64,000 nucleotides of DNA from the human T2T-CHM13v2.0 reference genome, Homo sapiens. The translations under genes were made by a program, and so were the position numbers. The stretch covers positions 12,128,001 to 12,192,000 of the forward strand of contig CP068257.2 in assembly GCA_009914755.4 (NCBI GenBank). The letters are read 5' to 3'. Below, in pieces: positions 40,262-52,499 of this stretch; positions within the stretch are counted from its first letter, which is position 1; every line of letters starts with the position of its first letter. Under the pieces are notes generated by a model. That model made no database searches. It was given only the letters and a program-made list of their open reading frames with translations, and was not told the origin of the DNA.

Positions 40262-42032
40262 TTTTTTTTCACACATTTAAAGCGAGGTCAGTGCTGACAT
40301 AAAATTATCGCTCTACTCACAGCCTTGTCTAGAGCCTTACTTTAAGAAAGTTAAAGTTTGCACTGTGCTTGAGATACATTTTCTTCATCTTCACAGCCCC
40401 AGCACTCTTACTTGAGAGTATGAGTCAACAGAAGTTTGCAGGCTAAAACCATTCAATAATATTTTCACCAATACTGGAATGGTAGTAAGTAACATTACAA
40501 AACATCAGAGGCCAAAAATGTTTCTTTGTTGGAGCCCAAGATTTTAATTTATTCTTCATTACCTGAAAATACTGCTCATTTAACCTCTTTGGGAAAAAAA
40601 ATATTCCAGAGATGAATAATTCCTTCATTAATGCTTCACCCAAGATGATTCCTTCACACTTATCCTCCAATGCTTTGCTGTTTTCATCCTTTGATGTAGC
40701 AGGCACCAAGAATCACCTTTCCTTTGGTCATCTGGCATAATGATCTCTTATGGTTTTTGCTAGTTGTTTGACAAATATTTTGTAAATTTTTCCACGGTAT
40801 GTATGCACTGTTTTTTGTAGTTCCAGTTCTAAAGGTTTTATTAGGGAATGAATGTTGTCATCTTAAAAGAACAATTTCTCAGTGCTTCATAAACAGCTCT
40901 AAATGCTGGTTGCTTATCATCATGGTAAACACCTCTGTTCCCTGAAGAATCAAGATTCCTTCTTCTGCTTCTTGGCAACTGCTTCCATATAGACAATGAT
41001 CTGGATGATAATTCCATTGACACGGAAAGGCAAAAAGACTTTCTGGATTATGAAAAAACATGATATCCAACAAATCTTGATTGCCCATGTAAATCTTGAT
41101 TGCCTATGTAATGTTTAGTTTGTATTCTTTAAGCCATGTCATAAGTATATCTCTTCATTGTAGTCACACAGTTTGTCATATCATTCTTGAAATACTTCCT
41201 TCTCATTCGAGTCATATTCATCAACATAATTCCAGGGTTTACTCCAGTTTTTCCACAGTATGGTTGCCTAGCAAAGCGACTATACCATCTTATTTGAGGT
41301 TCCTTGTGTTCTGAGGCCACTGGAGCAATTTATGTGGAATTAAATTTCTTTAGTAAAGAACAAATATGATCAACTGGTCGTAAAAAAGGCTATTAGTGTG
41401 GGAGTCAACTTCTTTCAGGAATAACGGCAAGAACAATCTCTGCGGACCACATGGTTTAAAGAGTTTTTCCATGCTGCTGCATTCTCACTTGGAAAGGTTA
41501 TGGGGTATATTGTATAATTAAATATTTGCAGAAATGACCCCTGTCACGTCTTCCTTTAAAGCTATAATGTAGCTGATCTTCAGCAAAAACCTGGAATTGA
41601 AGAGCTTTGATCCTGAAAAATGATAGCTGACTTCAACGTGGTCATAGTTTCTTCCAGTCTTTCATCACAGGCAACTACAGCTAGATGCATTTTCTCAACA
41701 GGCTGTATTTTCAGACGACACCTGTCCCACCCACCAGGATGCACAGCAGGACCAGCGCTGCCCGCGCCTCTCACGGCACCGCATCCGCCTCCTGCCAGCC
41801 AGGAAGCCACTGAGGCCTGCTGCTTCCCGCCACCACCGCCTGCTGCTTCCTCCAGGGACATGGGGAGCTGGCTGAAGGCGTAAAGGAGCGAGCAGAAGCC
41901 GCAGGCCAGACACAGCGCCACCACGTGCGGGTAGCGCCGCATCGCCCCAGCCGTGTTCCTTGGTCTCCGTCTCCGCCGCGCCCGCCTGGTGAACTGGAGC
42001 ACAGGGACCATAGTTCTGGAAATTTATCCTTT
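40262..42032 (-). pseudogene. GXYLT1: GXYLT1 (glucoside xylosyltransferase 1, GT8) processed pseudogene, core: 5' UTR, entire intronless coding-like region and proximal 3' UTR
   Basis: Minus-strand translation from the ATG (reverse complement of 41939-41941) reads MRRYPHVVALCLACGFCSLLYAFSQLPMSLEEAAGGGGGKQQASVASWLAGGGCGAVRGAGSAGPAVHPGGWDRCRLKIQPVEKMHLAVVACDERLEETMTTLKSAIIF... Continuing with frameshifts and stops it gives ...KLFKPCGPQRLFLPLFLKEVDS...[48 protein letters not shown]...[57 protein letters not shown]...[25 protein letters not shown]...KPLELELQKTVHTY.GKIYKIFVKQLAKTIRDHYAR.PKER*. The stop is the reverse complement of 40713-40715. The type-II signal anchor and GT8 motifs match GXYLT1 as I recall it. 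It is collinear and intronless across what are several exons, with multiple frameshifts. The 5' end is a CpG-rich UTR running to about 42011-42032. Confidence 0.85.
40329..40357. repeat. Inverted repeat, right arm
   Basis: Plus strand reads tgtctagagccttactttaagaaagttaa. Confidence 0.8.
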
Positions 42033-42339
42033 TTCTCTCCATGGATTCAGCAGCAGTGTCTAAAAGAAAAAAATTCATCAATCATTTATGTATATTTTAA
42101 TATAAAGGTAAAACACTGCGAACCAGTGGAACCGGATAGAAAGTAATTCAGTTTTACAGAACACAACTGTTTTTCAGGCTCTTTTATTAAATATAAAAGA
42201 GCCATATATATTTCTGTGGAATTCCCCTTTTACTTAAGAATTCATTATCAGCGAATTAGTTTAAGGAGGCTGTTTTGTTAGAGGCTGTGGTTGCATTCAA
42301 AAATTGGAATAGGAACAATGACTTGTAAAAATTCAACAT

Positions 42340-42635
42340 TTTATTTTATTTTTGAGATGGAGTCTCGCTCTGTCGCCCAGGCTGTAGTGCAGTGGCGCGA
42401 TCTCGGCTCACTGCAACCTCAGCCTCCCGGGTTTAAGGAATTCTCTGCTTCAGCCTCCTGAATAGCTGGGATTACAGGCGCATGCCACCAAGCCCAGCTA
42501 ATTTTTTTTGTATTTTTAGTAGAGACGAAGTTTCACCACCTTGGCCAGGCTGGTCTTGAGCTCCTGACCTCGTGATCAGCCCACCTCAGCCTTCAAAAGT
42601 GCTGGGATTATAGGCGTGAGCCGCCGCGCCCGGCC
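42340..42635 (-). mobile_element. Alu, antisense
   Basis: Reads ttttattttatttttgagatggagtctcgctctgtcgcccaggctgtagtgcagtggcgcgatctcggctcactgcaacctcagcctcccgggtt...ggcgtgagccgccgcgcccggcc. Confidence 0.9.
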
Positions 42636-42762
42636 GGAAGTTCTTTCTTCTTAAAAGGATTATAAATGTAATTCCCACTGGCATGACACTTTTACTAATA
42701 TAGGTTGACTTTTTGCTTCAAATAACCCATTCGTACATCTAAATTAATTTCGCTCAGTATGT

Positions 42763-42815
42763 GTGTGTGCATGTGTGTGTGTGGATGTGTGTGTGTGTGT
42801 GTGGATGTGTGGATG
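42763..42815. repeat. Imperfect (TG)n microsatellite
   Basis: Reads tgtgtgtgtgcatgtgtgtgtgtggatgtgtgtgtgtgtgtgtggatgtgtggatg. Confidence 0.9.
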
Positions 42816-42956
42816 TAAATCACAGTAAAGGGTAAAGGGAAGGTGGAAAAAAGGGAGATGGTCTAACATTTTTCACACATTTTTTAAATACACAAAAGAT
42901 ATGTAGTAAAAACAATGGTGTGGCGAAAACAAAATCTTGCAAACTAGAAAAAAGAC

Positions 42957-45137
42957 AGTCCCCGGTCCCGTGTGGTCCCGTCCCGCCACGGGGCCAGCCA
43001 GCTGTAAGCTCCACGCAGTTCAACAAAGGCCCCTCCTACAGGCTCTTGGCGGACGTCCAGAACCGGTTCCTGTCCAAATATGACTCCCAGAAGGAGGTAG
43101 AGCTCCGCAGCTGGATCTAGGGACTCACTGGCCTCTCCATCGGCCCGACTTCCAGAAGGGCCTGAAGGACGGGATTATCTTATGCACACTCATGAACAAA
43201 CTGCAGCCGGGCTCAGTACCCAAAAATCAACCGCTTCAGTGTAGAACTGGTACCAGCTAGAAAGCCTCTCCAACCTCCTCAAGGCCATGGTCAGCTACAG
43301 CATGAACCCCGTGGACCTATTTGAGACCAACGACCTGTTTGAGAGTGGGAACGTGAGGCAGGTGCAGGTGTCTCTTCTCGCCCTGGCAAGGAAGGCCAAG
43401 ACTAAGGGGCTGCAGAGCGAGGTGGACATCGGTGAGGAGTACTCAGAGAAGCAGGAGGGGAACTTCGACGATGCCACCATGAAGGCTGGCCAGTGCATCA
43501 TCCGGCTGCAGATTACCAATAAACGCGCCAGCCAGTCAGGCACGACTGTGTACGGCAGAGCACGAGGAGGCATCTCTACGACCCCAAGAACAACATCCTG
43601 CCCCCCATGGACCACTCGACCATCAGCCTCCAGATGGGTACAAGCAAGTGTGCCAGCCAGGTGGGCATGGCGGCTCCTGGGACCCGGTGGCACATCTACG
43701 ACACGAAGCTGGGAATCACAAGTATGACAACTCTTCCACGACCCTGAAGATGGGCTACACGCTGGGCACCAACCAGAGCAGCCAGGTCTTCAGCCTGGGC
43801 CGACAGATATACGACCCCAAGTACTGCCTGGGAGCACAGTGGCCCACGGGGCTCCCTCAGGTGCAGGCGACTGCCCGGGGCCAGTGGAGGCCCCTGAATA
43901 TCTCCCTTACTACCAAGAGGAGACCAGCTACTGAGGCTCCCAGCACGCTCTCTCCCCACATGGTCTCCCTGTCTGGGTGTTTGGGTTTTTCTGTGTTTTC
44001 ATCTTTTTTTTTTTTAACCTGTTCAGTGCTGCCAGTCAACGGAGCGTCTGTGAGTAGCAGCGTGGGATCAGGCAGCAGGGTTTTTTTTCCCCGTTGCTTT
44101 CGTTCCTTTGCAGGACTGAGCCACCGGGCTGTGGGGGAAGGGATCAAGGCCATATCCCGATGCGTGTCGGGTGAGGGTCCCCGCTGGCGCGTCCAGGCTG
44201 TGGGCCTAGCTGTGCTGGGGAGACGAGACCTGGGCATGGAGGGAACCGGTCCCCGAAGGTTTCCCGTTGCCTCGCCTCTTCCCCCTTTTGTCAGCCGATC
44301 AGTTTGTGGTTTCTGTACCCGCAAAAGTTTCAAGAAGTATTAACAAAAGAAAAAAATTTTTTTTCCCCCAGGAATGGGGCAGGGACAGTGGGTGCTGGGA
44401 AATCAGTCCCTTGGGACAGGGGGCCAGGCCAGGATGCTAAAATATCTCAGGCTCCTGAGTGGCTGGATTTCCCTAGGACCCTCAGACCAACAGACCTCAG
44501 ACCCTCAGACCTACGCTGGGGCCCGGTGAGGAAACAGGCCCATACAAGGTAGTGGAATTCTCCGTTGTTAGTGTTAAGCCTGACCCCTCTCCATACTAGT
44601 CCCCTTACCCCCGTGGCCCTCAGTAGGGTTTTTTTGTTTGTTTTTGTTTTTGTTTTTTTGAGATGGAGTCTCACTTTGTCTCTCAGGCTGAAGCACAGTG
44701 GAGTAATCTCGCCTCACTGCACCAGCCTCCCATGCTCAAGCGATCCTCCTGCCTCAGCCTCCAGAGTAGCTAGGACTACAGGCCTGTGCCACCACACCTG
44801 GCTAATTTTTTGTATTTTTAGTAGAGACAGGATTTCACCATGTTGGCCAGGTTGATCTGGAACTCTTGACCTCATGTGATCTGCCTGTCTCGTCCTCCCA
44901 AAGTGTTGGGATGGCAGGTGTGAGCCACCACGCCCAGCCCCTCAGTAGGTTTTAAGGAGCCCCAGCCCTCCTTCTCCCCTTCTGGGCCTGACCAGGTCTA
45001 CTGCTGTATCTCCCCCAACCACACGCCCTGCCAAGTACTGCACAGGGCCCCCCACCCAGGGACCCCGGATCATGAGATAATGTGAAATACCGACTGTGGA
45101 CCAAACACAATAAAACCTCTGTTTTTAAGAAGAAAAT
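42957..45137 (+). pseudogene. CNN2: CNN2 (calponin 2) processed pseudogene: 5' UTR, coding-like region with many frameshifts, 3' UTR through AATAAA and a decayed A tail
   Basis: From about 43004 (ATG lost, now GTA) the translation reads [46 protein letters not shown]...KINRFSVE...MVSYSMNPVDLFETNDLFESGNVRQVQVSLLALARKAKTKGLQSEVDIGEEYSEKQEGNFDDATMKAGQCIIRLQ...[29 protein letters not shown]...IYDTKLGI...MGYTLGTNQSSQVFSLGRQIYDPKYC...PEYLPYYQEETSY*. The stop is at 43932-43934. This matches human calponin-2 from [48 protein letters not shown] to PEYPPYYQEEAGY. It is intronless. The 3' UTR runs to AATAAA at 45109-45114. A candidate target-site duplication is GAAAAAAGAC at 42947-42956 versus GAAAAGAC at 45138-45145. 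Confidence 0.9.
44633..44939 (-). mobile_element. Alu, antisense, nested in the CNN2 pseudogene 3' UTR, with target-site duplication CCTCAGTAGG(G)TTTT
   Basis: Poly-T then gagatggagtctcactttgtctctcaggctgaagcacagtggagtaatctcgcctcactgcaccagcctcc...ggtgtgagccaccacgcccagcc. Flanked by ccctcagtagggttttt at 44617-44633 and cctcagtaggtttta at 44940-44954. Confidence 0.9.
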
Positions 45138-46394
45138 GAAAAGACTTAAAATTGGCATTTTAGGACTTTATATATATTATTAAATATATATTAAATATAA
45201 ATGTTATACAATTTAGCGCCTTTATCTCCCAGTCTCTGGGAGAGGTTAGGAACTTAACTTTCTTAAGCCTCAATTAGTAAATACATCTGGCCTAGCCACA
45301 TTGATCAACCTCTCTCCTAACATCATCCTGTAAATTTCAGAAGCTCATGCAAAACTCTCCCACCTTTTGTTACAACAGATATGTCAACTGATACAATTAT
45401 ACAACAATTGTATAAGATAATATTAGATTTAATCTCACAATCACACTCAGCTGGATTACTAACCCTTCTCCTACATCTTGCTCACCTAAATTTATCTACA
45501 TTTTCTATGAATTGAATAGCTTAGAAATGTATGTCATCTGTGTATTATAGTGTAAGTTATTGTAATACAGAAATATGGACTTTCTTTAACTCCCTTTTGC
45601 TGCCTAGGAAATACCAATTTTTTTGAGCATGGCAAGTGTTTCCAAGCATTCAGAAGTGCAGAATGAGGTCTGCTTGTCATCCTCTCAGTCTCAGCTCCTC
45701 TCCCTCCTTCATCTCTCTGTTTCATTGATGAGTATAGAAGATCAGTGATTTTTATATGAAATGAAAACTGATGGAACTAAGGTGTTGATTTGATTATCCA
45801 ACCGACCATTTATTGAGTGTCCATTACAAGTTAAATTGTGTTCTGGAGAACAGCTCAGGAAATGAATGCTTGACATTGATGTACATAATAGAAATACAAA
45901 CATACCATTAAAAAATCAGACCTCTTATGACAATCCAGATTCTCAAGTAAGTTTTGTGAAGCTCTTTCAAGATGAGAATGTAAAATTTCAAAAAAAAAAA
46001 TCATTTTAACAAGTCCTTCTTGAGACAGAAAAGTGGAATTAGAAGATCATATATGGTTGTTTCACTAGCTCAAATCTTAAGTACAGTTTTTAGTCAATTG
46101 ACAGCCATATAATTCTTAGTTTTGTATACTGATATTCATTAGAAATTATAAACTTTAAAAAATATTCCTGTCTCATTCTACTAATCAATTTAAAATTTTC
46201 ATTCATTTGGTTATATTTCTTCATTTTACCTGGTCTTTAATACTTCTTTCCTGCCCAGCATTAAACTTAATTAATGTCTAATTTGCTTACTTGGTTTAGT
46301 TACTTTTGGCCATGTTCAATACACTTCTTATGAAGCAGGCATGTAGGAGTGTTTACAAGTTTATGGTTCTCAGTCTTCCAAATCCCTGATGGCA

Positions 46395-46545
46395 GCACCC
46401 CAACAGACACACACCACAATATAAACACATACACACACACCCGTGCACACTCATACTCACCCACCTACATGCAGACACACACACACACCCATACTCACCC
46501 ACCTACACACAGAAACACACCCACACACACACTTCAGTGGATAAA
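46395..46545. repeat. CA-rich degenerate microsatellite / low-complexity region with an internal roughly 40-bp duplication
   Basis: Reads acacacaccacaatataaacacatacacacacacccgtgcacactcatactcacccacctacatgcagacacacacacacacccatactcacccacctacacacagaaacacacccacacacacactt. It explains the His/Thr-rich ORF at 46349-46615. Confidence 0.85.
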
Positions 46546-49500
46546 CACAGAAAACACTCTACAGGCAAAGACATCATACATCAGGGATCTCTTAATGCAC
46601 TACACACTTCTGTAAATTATCAGGACTGCTCAACTGAGGTGAGTCTACAGAGATTTCAAAGGCTATTTGAGTGCTAAGCTATCTAACTAGTGGTTGGAGA
46701 CTATTTAAATAGTGCATTAAACACAACTCTTGAGGCTCTGAAGAATTTCTGTGCTTTCCAATGAACCAGGAGTTACAAGGTCCTGAAAACCACAAGCTTG
46801 TTATATACTTTAATAGATAAAGCAAAGCTGATATTAATGTGAATATACTTTATATTTACTTCCATTCATGTTAATTTTTCTTTGCCTGTAATATACATTT
46901 TTATATAACTGGAAATAAAAAACATCTTAGGAAAAAGAAAACAAAAAATAAAATTTCCCTGATTACACTGTGCCTTGGTTCAGTAACCCTGCACTGCACG
47001 TATAGACTATAAATGGGTGTCTTGGGGAGCCACTTTGGTATTTCATTTTAATAGCTCAGCCTGGAGAATATATTTGTGAGTGGATCACATATTACAACTG
47101 ATTTAAATTTTGACCCATAGAGAAATAAGTTTTCAAAAATATATCTGAAGCCTGGATACTGAAAAATATTTATCATCATAGAATAATAAAAGGCTAGCCA
47201 TTAGTTACTCAGAAATTGTTCAATAACTCTAAGAAAACTTAGACATAAAGAGTTATGAGTGAGTATAGTTCATCATTAATGTTTGTAAAAATTAATGGTG
47301 TCATTTATGTTTGGGAATAAAAAACTAGAAATATAACTTTATTTGATAGAGATAAATGATAGACATAAAGTTTACATAAAGCAAGAGAATAATACTAGGT
47401 GTGTAAAAATATTGTTTTATAGATAAGATTTTATGATGAAATTGTGTTGAACAACATGAATCAAACATGTTTTGCATACTACATATGAAGTTACAACATC
47501 ACAGCCTTTTAAGTATTTCATTAACTTCAAAATGTAACTTATCGCTGAAACAATCTGATTTAATGAATTGGGATAATGGGTAATGATTGGTGTAAGCTGA
47601 AAGCAATACTATACTTTTAAAGTTATATCTCTTTGTGTATTAATACAAACACCAGAGAAGATGGTCAATAAATTAATTACTGTACAATGTCTATCATAAT
47701 ACTTAAACCTGGAAGAAAATCATTAAATGCTTAGTGAATAGAATTGGTGAATTGCTTCCATTTTATACAATTTTCTGTTCATTTTAGGGCTTACCAAAAC
47801 TTACAGCTGTAAGGCCCAATTATTTACTCCTTCAAATAAAGCAAGATTCCAAGAATAAGTGTGAATGTTTTGTTTTGTTTTTCACTGAAATATTCCGGTC
47901 TGTAGCTACTCCAAATCACACTAATCTTTCTAGAGTCTGGTATAGGTCCTGGTCTCAAGGCCACTGTTACCACCATCACCATCTTTTGTGCCTCAAGGTT
48001 GAGCCATCCTAACTTACCTGCGTGGAACTGGAAAAGTCCCATTTCATGATACTTTAAGCAACCCAGATGTCTCTTTCACTGAAAGTGGTATTCTTCCTGT
48101 GTTTTTTCTTTCCAGCAAGTGATGTCGACCTCTACCTACACCTGACATCTCAGTGTAATTCTTGACATTTTCTTCTTCACATTTCCATTTTCAGTCACCA
48201 AGTGTTGTCAGATTTTACCTTCTCTCTTTTTCTTGAATGAATTTTTCTCTTTCTGTCTTCATTGCCATCATGAATTCCACCCCATCACTCTCTCACCTGG
48301 GCTACAGTGAGCACCTCTAAAGTGCTCTCCCTGATTCTCTCTCCAAAAATGTTTCTGTGCTATATCCAAAATGACTTACTTGAAATGTAAATACAATTTA
48401 CATTGTAAATTGCTTGGCTTAAAAATTCCCAAAGACTTCACATTGGTACTAGGAGTCCAATCAAGAGTCAAAAAATGGGTTCAAGCAGTACAAAATTTGT
48501 TTCTTTTCTCTCTCCCCCATCTTGTGGCATGAACATTATTGAGCTAAATGATTCAGATATATTTTTTCTTGCCTTCTGGACTTTGGTCTTCTTATTCATA
48601 TGCTTTTCCCACTACCATCCCAGATTTACATAATTAGCTCTTACTTTTATTTTAGTTTGCTCTTCATCTTCCCCACCAAGAGAAGCCTTACCTGATATCC
48701 CTAAATATGAAAGGCTTTCATAACAGTGCATAGCTTTTCTCTGTTATTTATAATATTGTTTTCAAATTTTTATATTTTTGTTACTATTAATAATAAATAA
48801 ATCTGAGCATGCTCTTTGATAAGAAGTCTAATAAAATTTTGGTGCAATTAGTAATTCAGTACATAATTGTTTTCTATAAGCCATGATTCTAGAGATTGAG
48901 GGGAAAATGCAGCAGTAATCTCTCCCAAGTGGAAGGACAAATAGCCAAGCAATATTGACCTACCCATTCATCTCTCAAAAACAGGGTTAAGATATTGATT
49001 CTCCTGTTTTCAGGATGAAGAAGGGACAGGGAGTTTCTTGCTGGTTAGTTTCTCAACTCACTCTTTTTATGGAAAAAGTAATTAATCTGATAAATGACAC
49101 AGAAGATTTTGATGTTTATTAGCAAGGTGGTGATTCCAAGAAGTTGAAATAAAAAGGCTTCAGAGCCTGTCTCTCTCAATCACTATCTTTGGGTTCTTGA
49201 GGCTGCTTGTGCACAAAATAGGAAGCACTTGTGTAAGAGCTGCATAGGCAGGCTCAGTCCAGCTACTGGTTTCATAAATCCAACTTTTCCAAGCATGACA
49301 GAATGTCAGAATCCCATGAGCCAAAACTTTTATGATGAGAGAGAAAGAATGATATTTTGCTCCCCAATCTAATTTTCAAATTAAATTTTAAACAAAGTTA
49401 ATAAAGTTAAATAAATATAACAAAGCTGAATATACACACACATGCATACACCCATGCACATGCACACAAGCTTCTTGCATTTATTTTTTTAATTGTTTAA

Positions 49501-50989
49501 TCATTCATGAGAAATGGTTTGATTTTGTATTTTCTATCTACCAATACTTGCACAAGCTCTGGCTGCAAAACTTTTGTTGGTCAAACATTAGCATTTGGGG
49601 AACATGTCCCTGCTGAGAGATAGATCTTGATACAGCCTTAACTACATCATCAGTAGACATGGGACTGTTTTTAACTAGAGGGAGGCAAATGGCTTTCAGA
49701 TGGTTGTGTAGCTGGTTTTAACAGTAGCCTGCAGTGGCTTTTTGACAGACATGAACCTTACTAGTTATTATTAGGCTTCAGAGCATTAGTATGAGGTTTT
49801 AATTTGCTTATGTTAGGCACGAGAAGGTAGCACTATCCTAGATGCCCTAAATATTGTTCCTTGTCACTTTTTTCCCACTGAATTCAGAGGTAATTTGGGG
49901 ACTGTGTCTAAAATGGTCTTATATTCATGTGCCATAGGTTTCTGAAGCTTCCATTCTGAACATGGTCTCAAGTTGGCTCTTGAGGGCTAATTTCATTACA
50001 CATGATCATAGGTATAAATTTAAATTTATGGGGGATTGTTTTGTACATCCCACAGAACCTGGATTTACTACAAAGAGACTGTAGAGTTTATCAAAAAGAA
50101 GATTAACAGGAATAAGAGTTCTTGCTGTCTAGGGAATATATCATCTTCTTTGGGTAATGCCTATTAATGCTCCTCAAAATAGCTAGAGCATTCAAGGTTT
50201 GTAACCAGTTCACAATGACAGAAGTAGCTTCTACTAGAAATTAAATATATTAGTTCTTTCATTGAGTAACTATTGCTACAAGAATATATTTGCTGAATAA
50301 ACTAACATGCTTATTGACATAATTGATTTGCATACCATGGCAACACTTCATGGACCAAACCCTAAGTCCCATGAAAAATTGAATAGAATTATTTGACAGT
50401 TAAGAATCATTGGAAAAGCCTGGCTCTAGGTCTCAGGAAGCAATCTGGTTGATTATGTGTTTTCAGTGTGTAGTCATAATACAACTGTATATCAGTAGTG
50501 TACATTAGACACTTTATACACTCTACATATATTTTCTCATTTGATCCTTCAATACATGAATAATATAGGAAATAGACTTGAATTTAACTGCTCCAGTAAG
50601 GTCAAAGACCAAAAACCTCATTACAATGCCTACATTAGAGATTCTTCTTCCAATTAAAATAAAGTTACCAAGGGCAATTGCTCCTGCCATAACGAGAAGA
50701 CATTGGATGAACTTAAAATTTTTTTTTTGTTTAAAGCCATCAAAACACTATGGGCCTAAAGTTACAATGAACTAAATTTCAGAGAAAAATAAGCCTTTCC
50801 TAGGTGATCACAGATTAGCAGCGGAGTCCATCTCTGAGGACATTTGCTGGATCTGGGGCCTTGAGTAGGTAGAAGGACAAGCCTACAATGTGGAGAAACA
50901 CCTGGAACATTGGGAATAAGCAAAATAATCTACAGGGAACTTCAATAGGGGCTGAAAACTAGAAAATCATGTGGTCTCCTAGCTCTTAC

Positions 50990-51290
50990 TTATTTTCACT
51001 TAAGAGACAGGGTCTCATTCTGTCACCCAGGCTATGGTGCAGTAGAGTGATCATGGCTCACTGCAGCCTCAAACTCCTCCCTCAGGTGATCCTCCTGCCT
51101 CAGCCTCTCCAGTAGATAGAACTACAGGTGCATAGCATCATGCCTAGCTAATTTTTATTTTTTGTGTGTGGACACAAAAACCCACTATGTTGCCCAGGCT
51201 GGCCTAGAACTCTTGGCCTCAAGTGTTCTTCCTGCCTTGCCCCCCACCCTCAAGCACTGCTATTACAGGTGTGAGTCACCACATCTGGCC
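50990..51290 (-). mobile_element. Alu (old, AluJ-like), antisense
   Basis: Reads gagacagggtctcattctgtcacccaggctatggtgcagtagagtgatcatggctcactgcagcctcaaactcc...attacaggtgtgagtcaccacatctggcc. Confidence 0.8.
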
Positions 51291-52033
51291 TCCCCTAGCA
51301 TTTAGATACTAAACTGTTGGAAAAATGAGTAAAAGATAAATATAAGTAGCATTTTGAGTATTTTCTTCCCATACACCCATGGGATTGTTTCGTGTATCTT
51401 ACTACTTCACATAGGAGACCATTCCTCCATCCAACTATGCAAACTAAGTCTTTAAAATTTGATTTTTGCCCTACAATAAGCTCTATACTAAAGCTCATTA
51501 CATGTGATTTTGACAGTTTCTGTTTTTATACCACAGTTGCAAAAAATTAATCATATTCTTTACTACATGAGACATTATTATTATTGTTTCCTAAAAGTTT
51601 CTTTCTGGTTTTACTTATTCAATTTTTTTATTCTTTATCCCTTGTCACAGACAGGCATGCTAATGTGTTTGATATAAGTTCTTTACTCTTAAAGAATTCT
51701 TACAAGATAAGAAGGTTGTTTTCTGAGTGTGTGTATGTGTATATACAAAAGTGTATACATTTTTCTTAAAGAGTATCGTGCCATAAATCTGATTTTATTT
51801 CTATTTTTGTCACAGAGCATCACATCCTTCATATATTCCCACACTGCTGTAGGTTATTTTTGGTTGTTTATTCCCCTGCAGCTGCTGCATAGTTTTGGAC
51901 AAAATGAATCAACCGCATTTTCCCTATCCAGTCTTGCAGTAGAATTCACACTGATATCCTGCTACTGAAATATTCACTTCCTTGTGGTATTCTTATGAAA
52001 ACACTTTTTGGTCATGTGTCACAATTTGGCAGG

Positions 52034-52448
52034 GTCTACGTTAGTCTGTTACTATTGCTATGAAGACACACGCGATGCTGGGTAATTTATTCATTTATTT
52101 TTTAAAAAAAGAGGTTTATCTTGGTTCAGGGTTCTGCAGGCTGCACAGGAAGCAATGGCGTCTGCTCTGGGTGAGGCCTCAAGAAGCTTACAATCATGGC
52201 AGAAGGTGAAGGGAAGCCAGTGTGTCACATGGTCAGAGAGGGAGTAAGAGAGAGAAGGGGGCAGTCCCAGGCTGTTTTTAACAATCAGATCTCTCATGAC
52301 CTCACTGATAAGAACTCACTCACAAGGGGATAGTGCTAAACCAAGCTTGTCTAACCTGCAGTTTGCAGGCTGAATGCAGGTCAAACAGCTTTGAATGTGG
52401 CCCAAAACAAATTTGTCAACTTTGTTAAAACATAAGAGATTTTGTGTG

Positions 52449-52499
<51 letters not shown>

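Noticed and set aside
40262-40270. A9 run as the GXYLT1 retrocopy poly-A tail
   Set aside because: It is not rejected outright, but it lacks a good upstream poly-A signal and flanking target-site duplication. The 34480 site (ATTAAA plus A13 plus duplication-like flanks) is the better candidate, so I report the short site only as the conservative boundary.
41580-42011. 143-aa minus-strand ORF with a signal-anchor-like N-terminus, considered as a possible first exon of a live type-II membrane protein in a CpG island
   Set aside because: Downstream sequence continues collinearly, without introns and with frameshifts, through the entire GXYLT1 coding sequence. This is the N-terminus of a processed pseudogene, not a live first exon.
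46349-46615. His/Thr/Pro-rich 88-aa ORF
   Set aside because: It is an artefact of a CA-rich degenerate microsatellite (acacacac / cacccac units).
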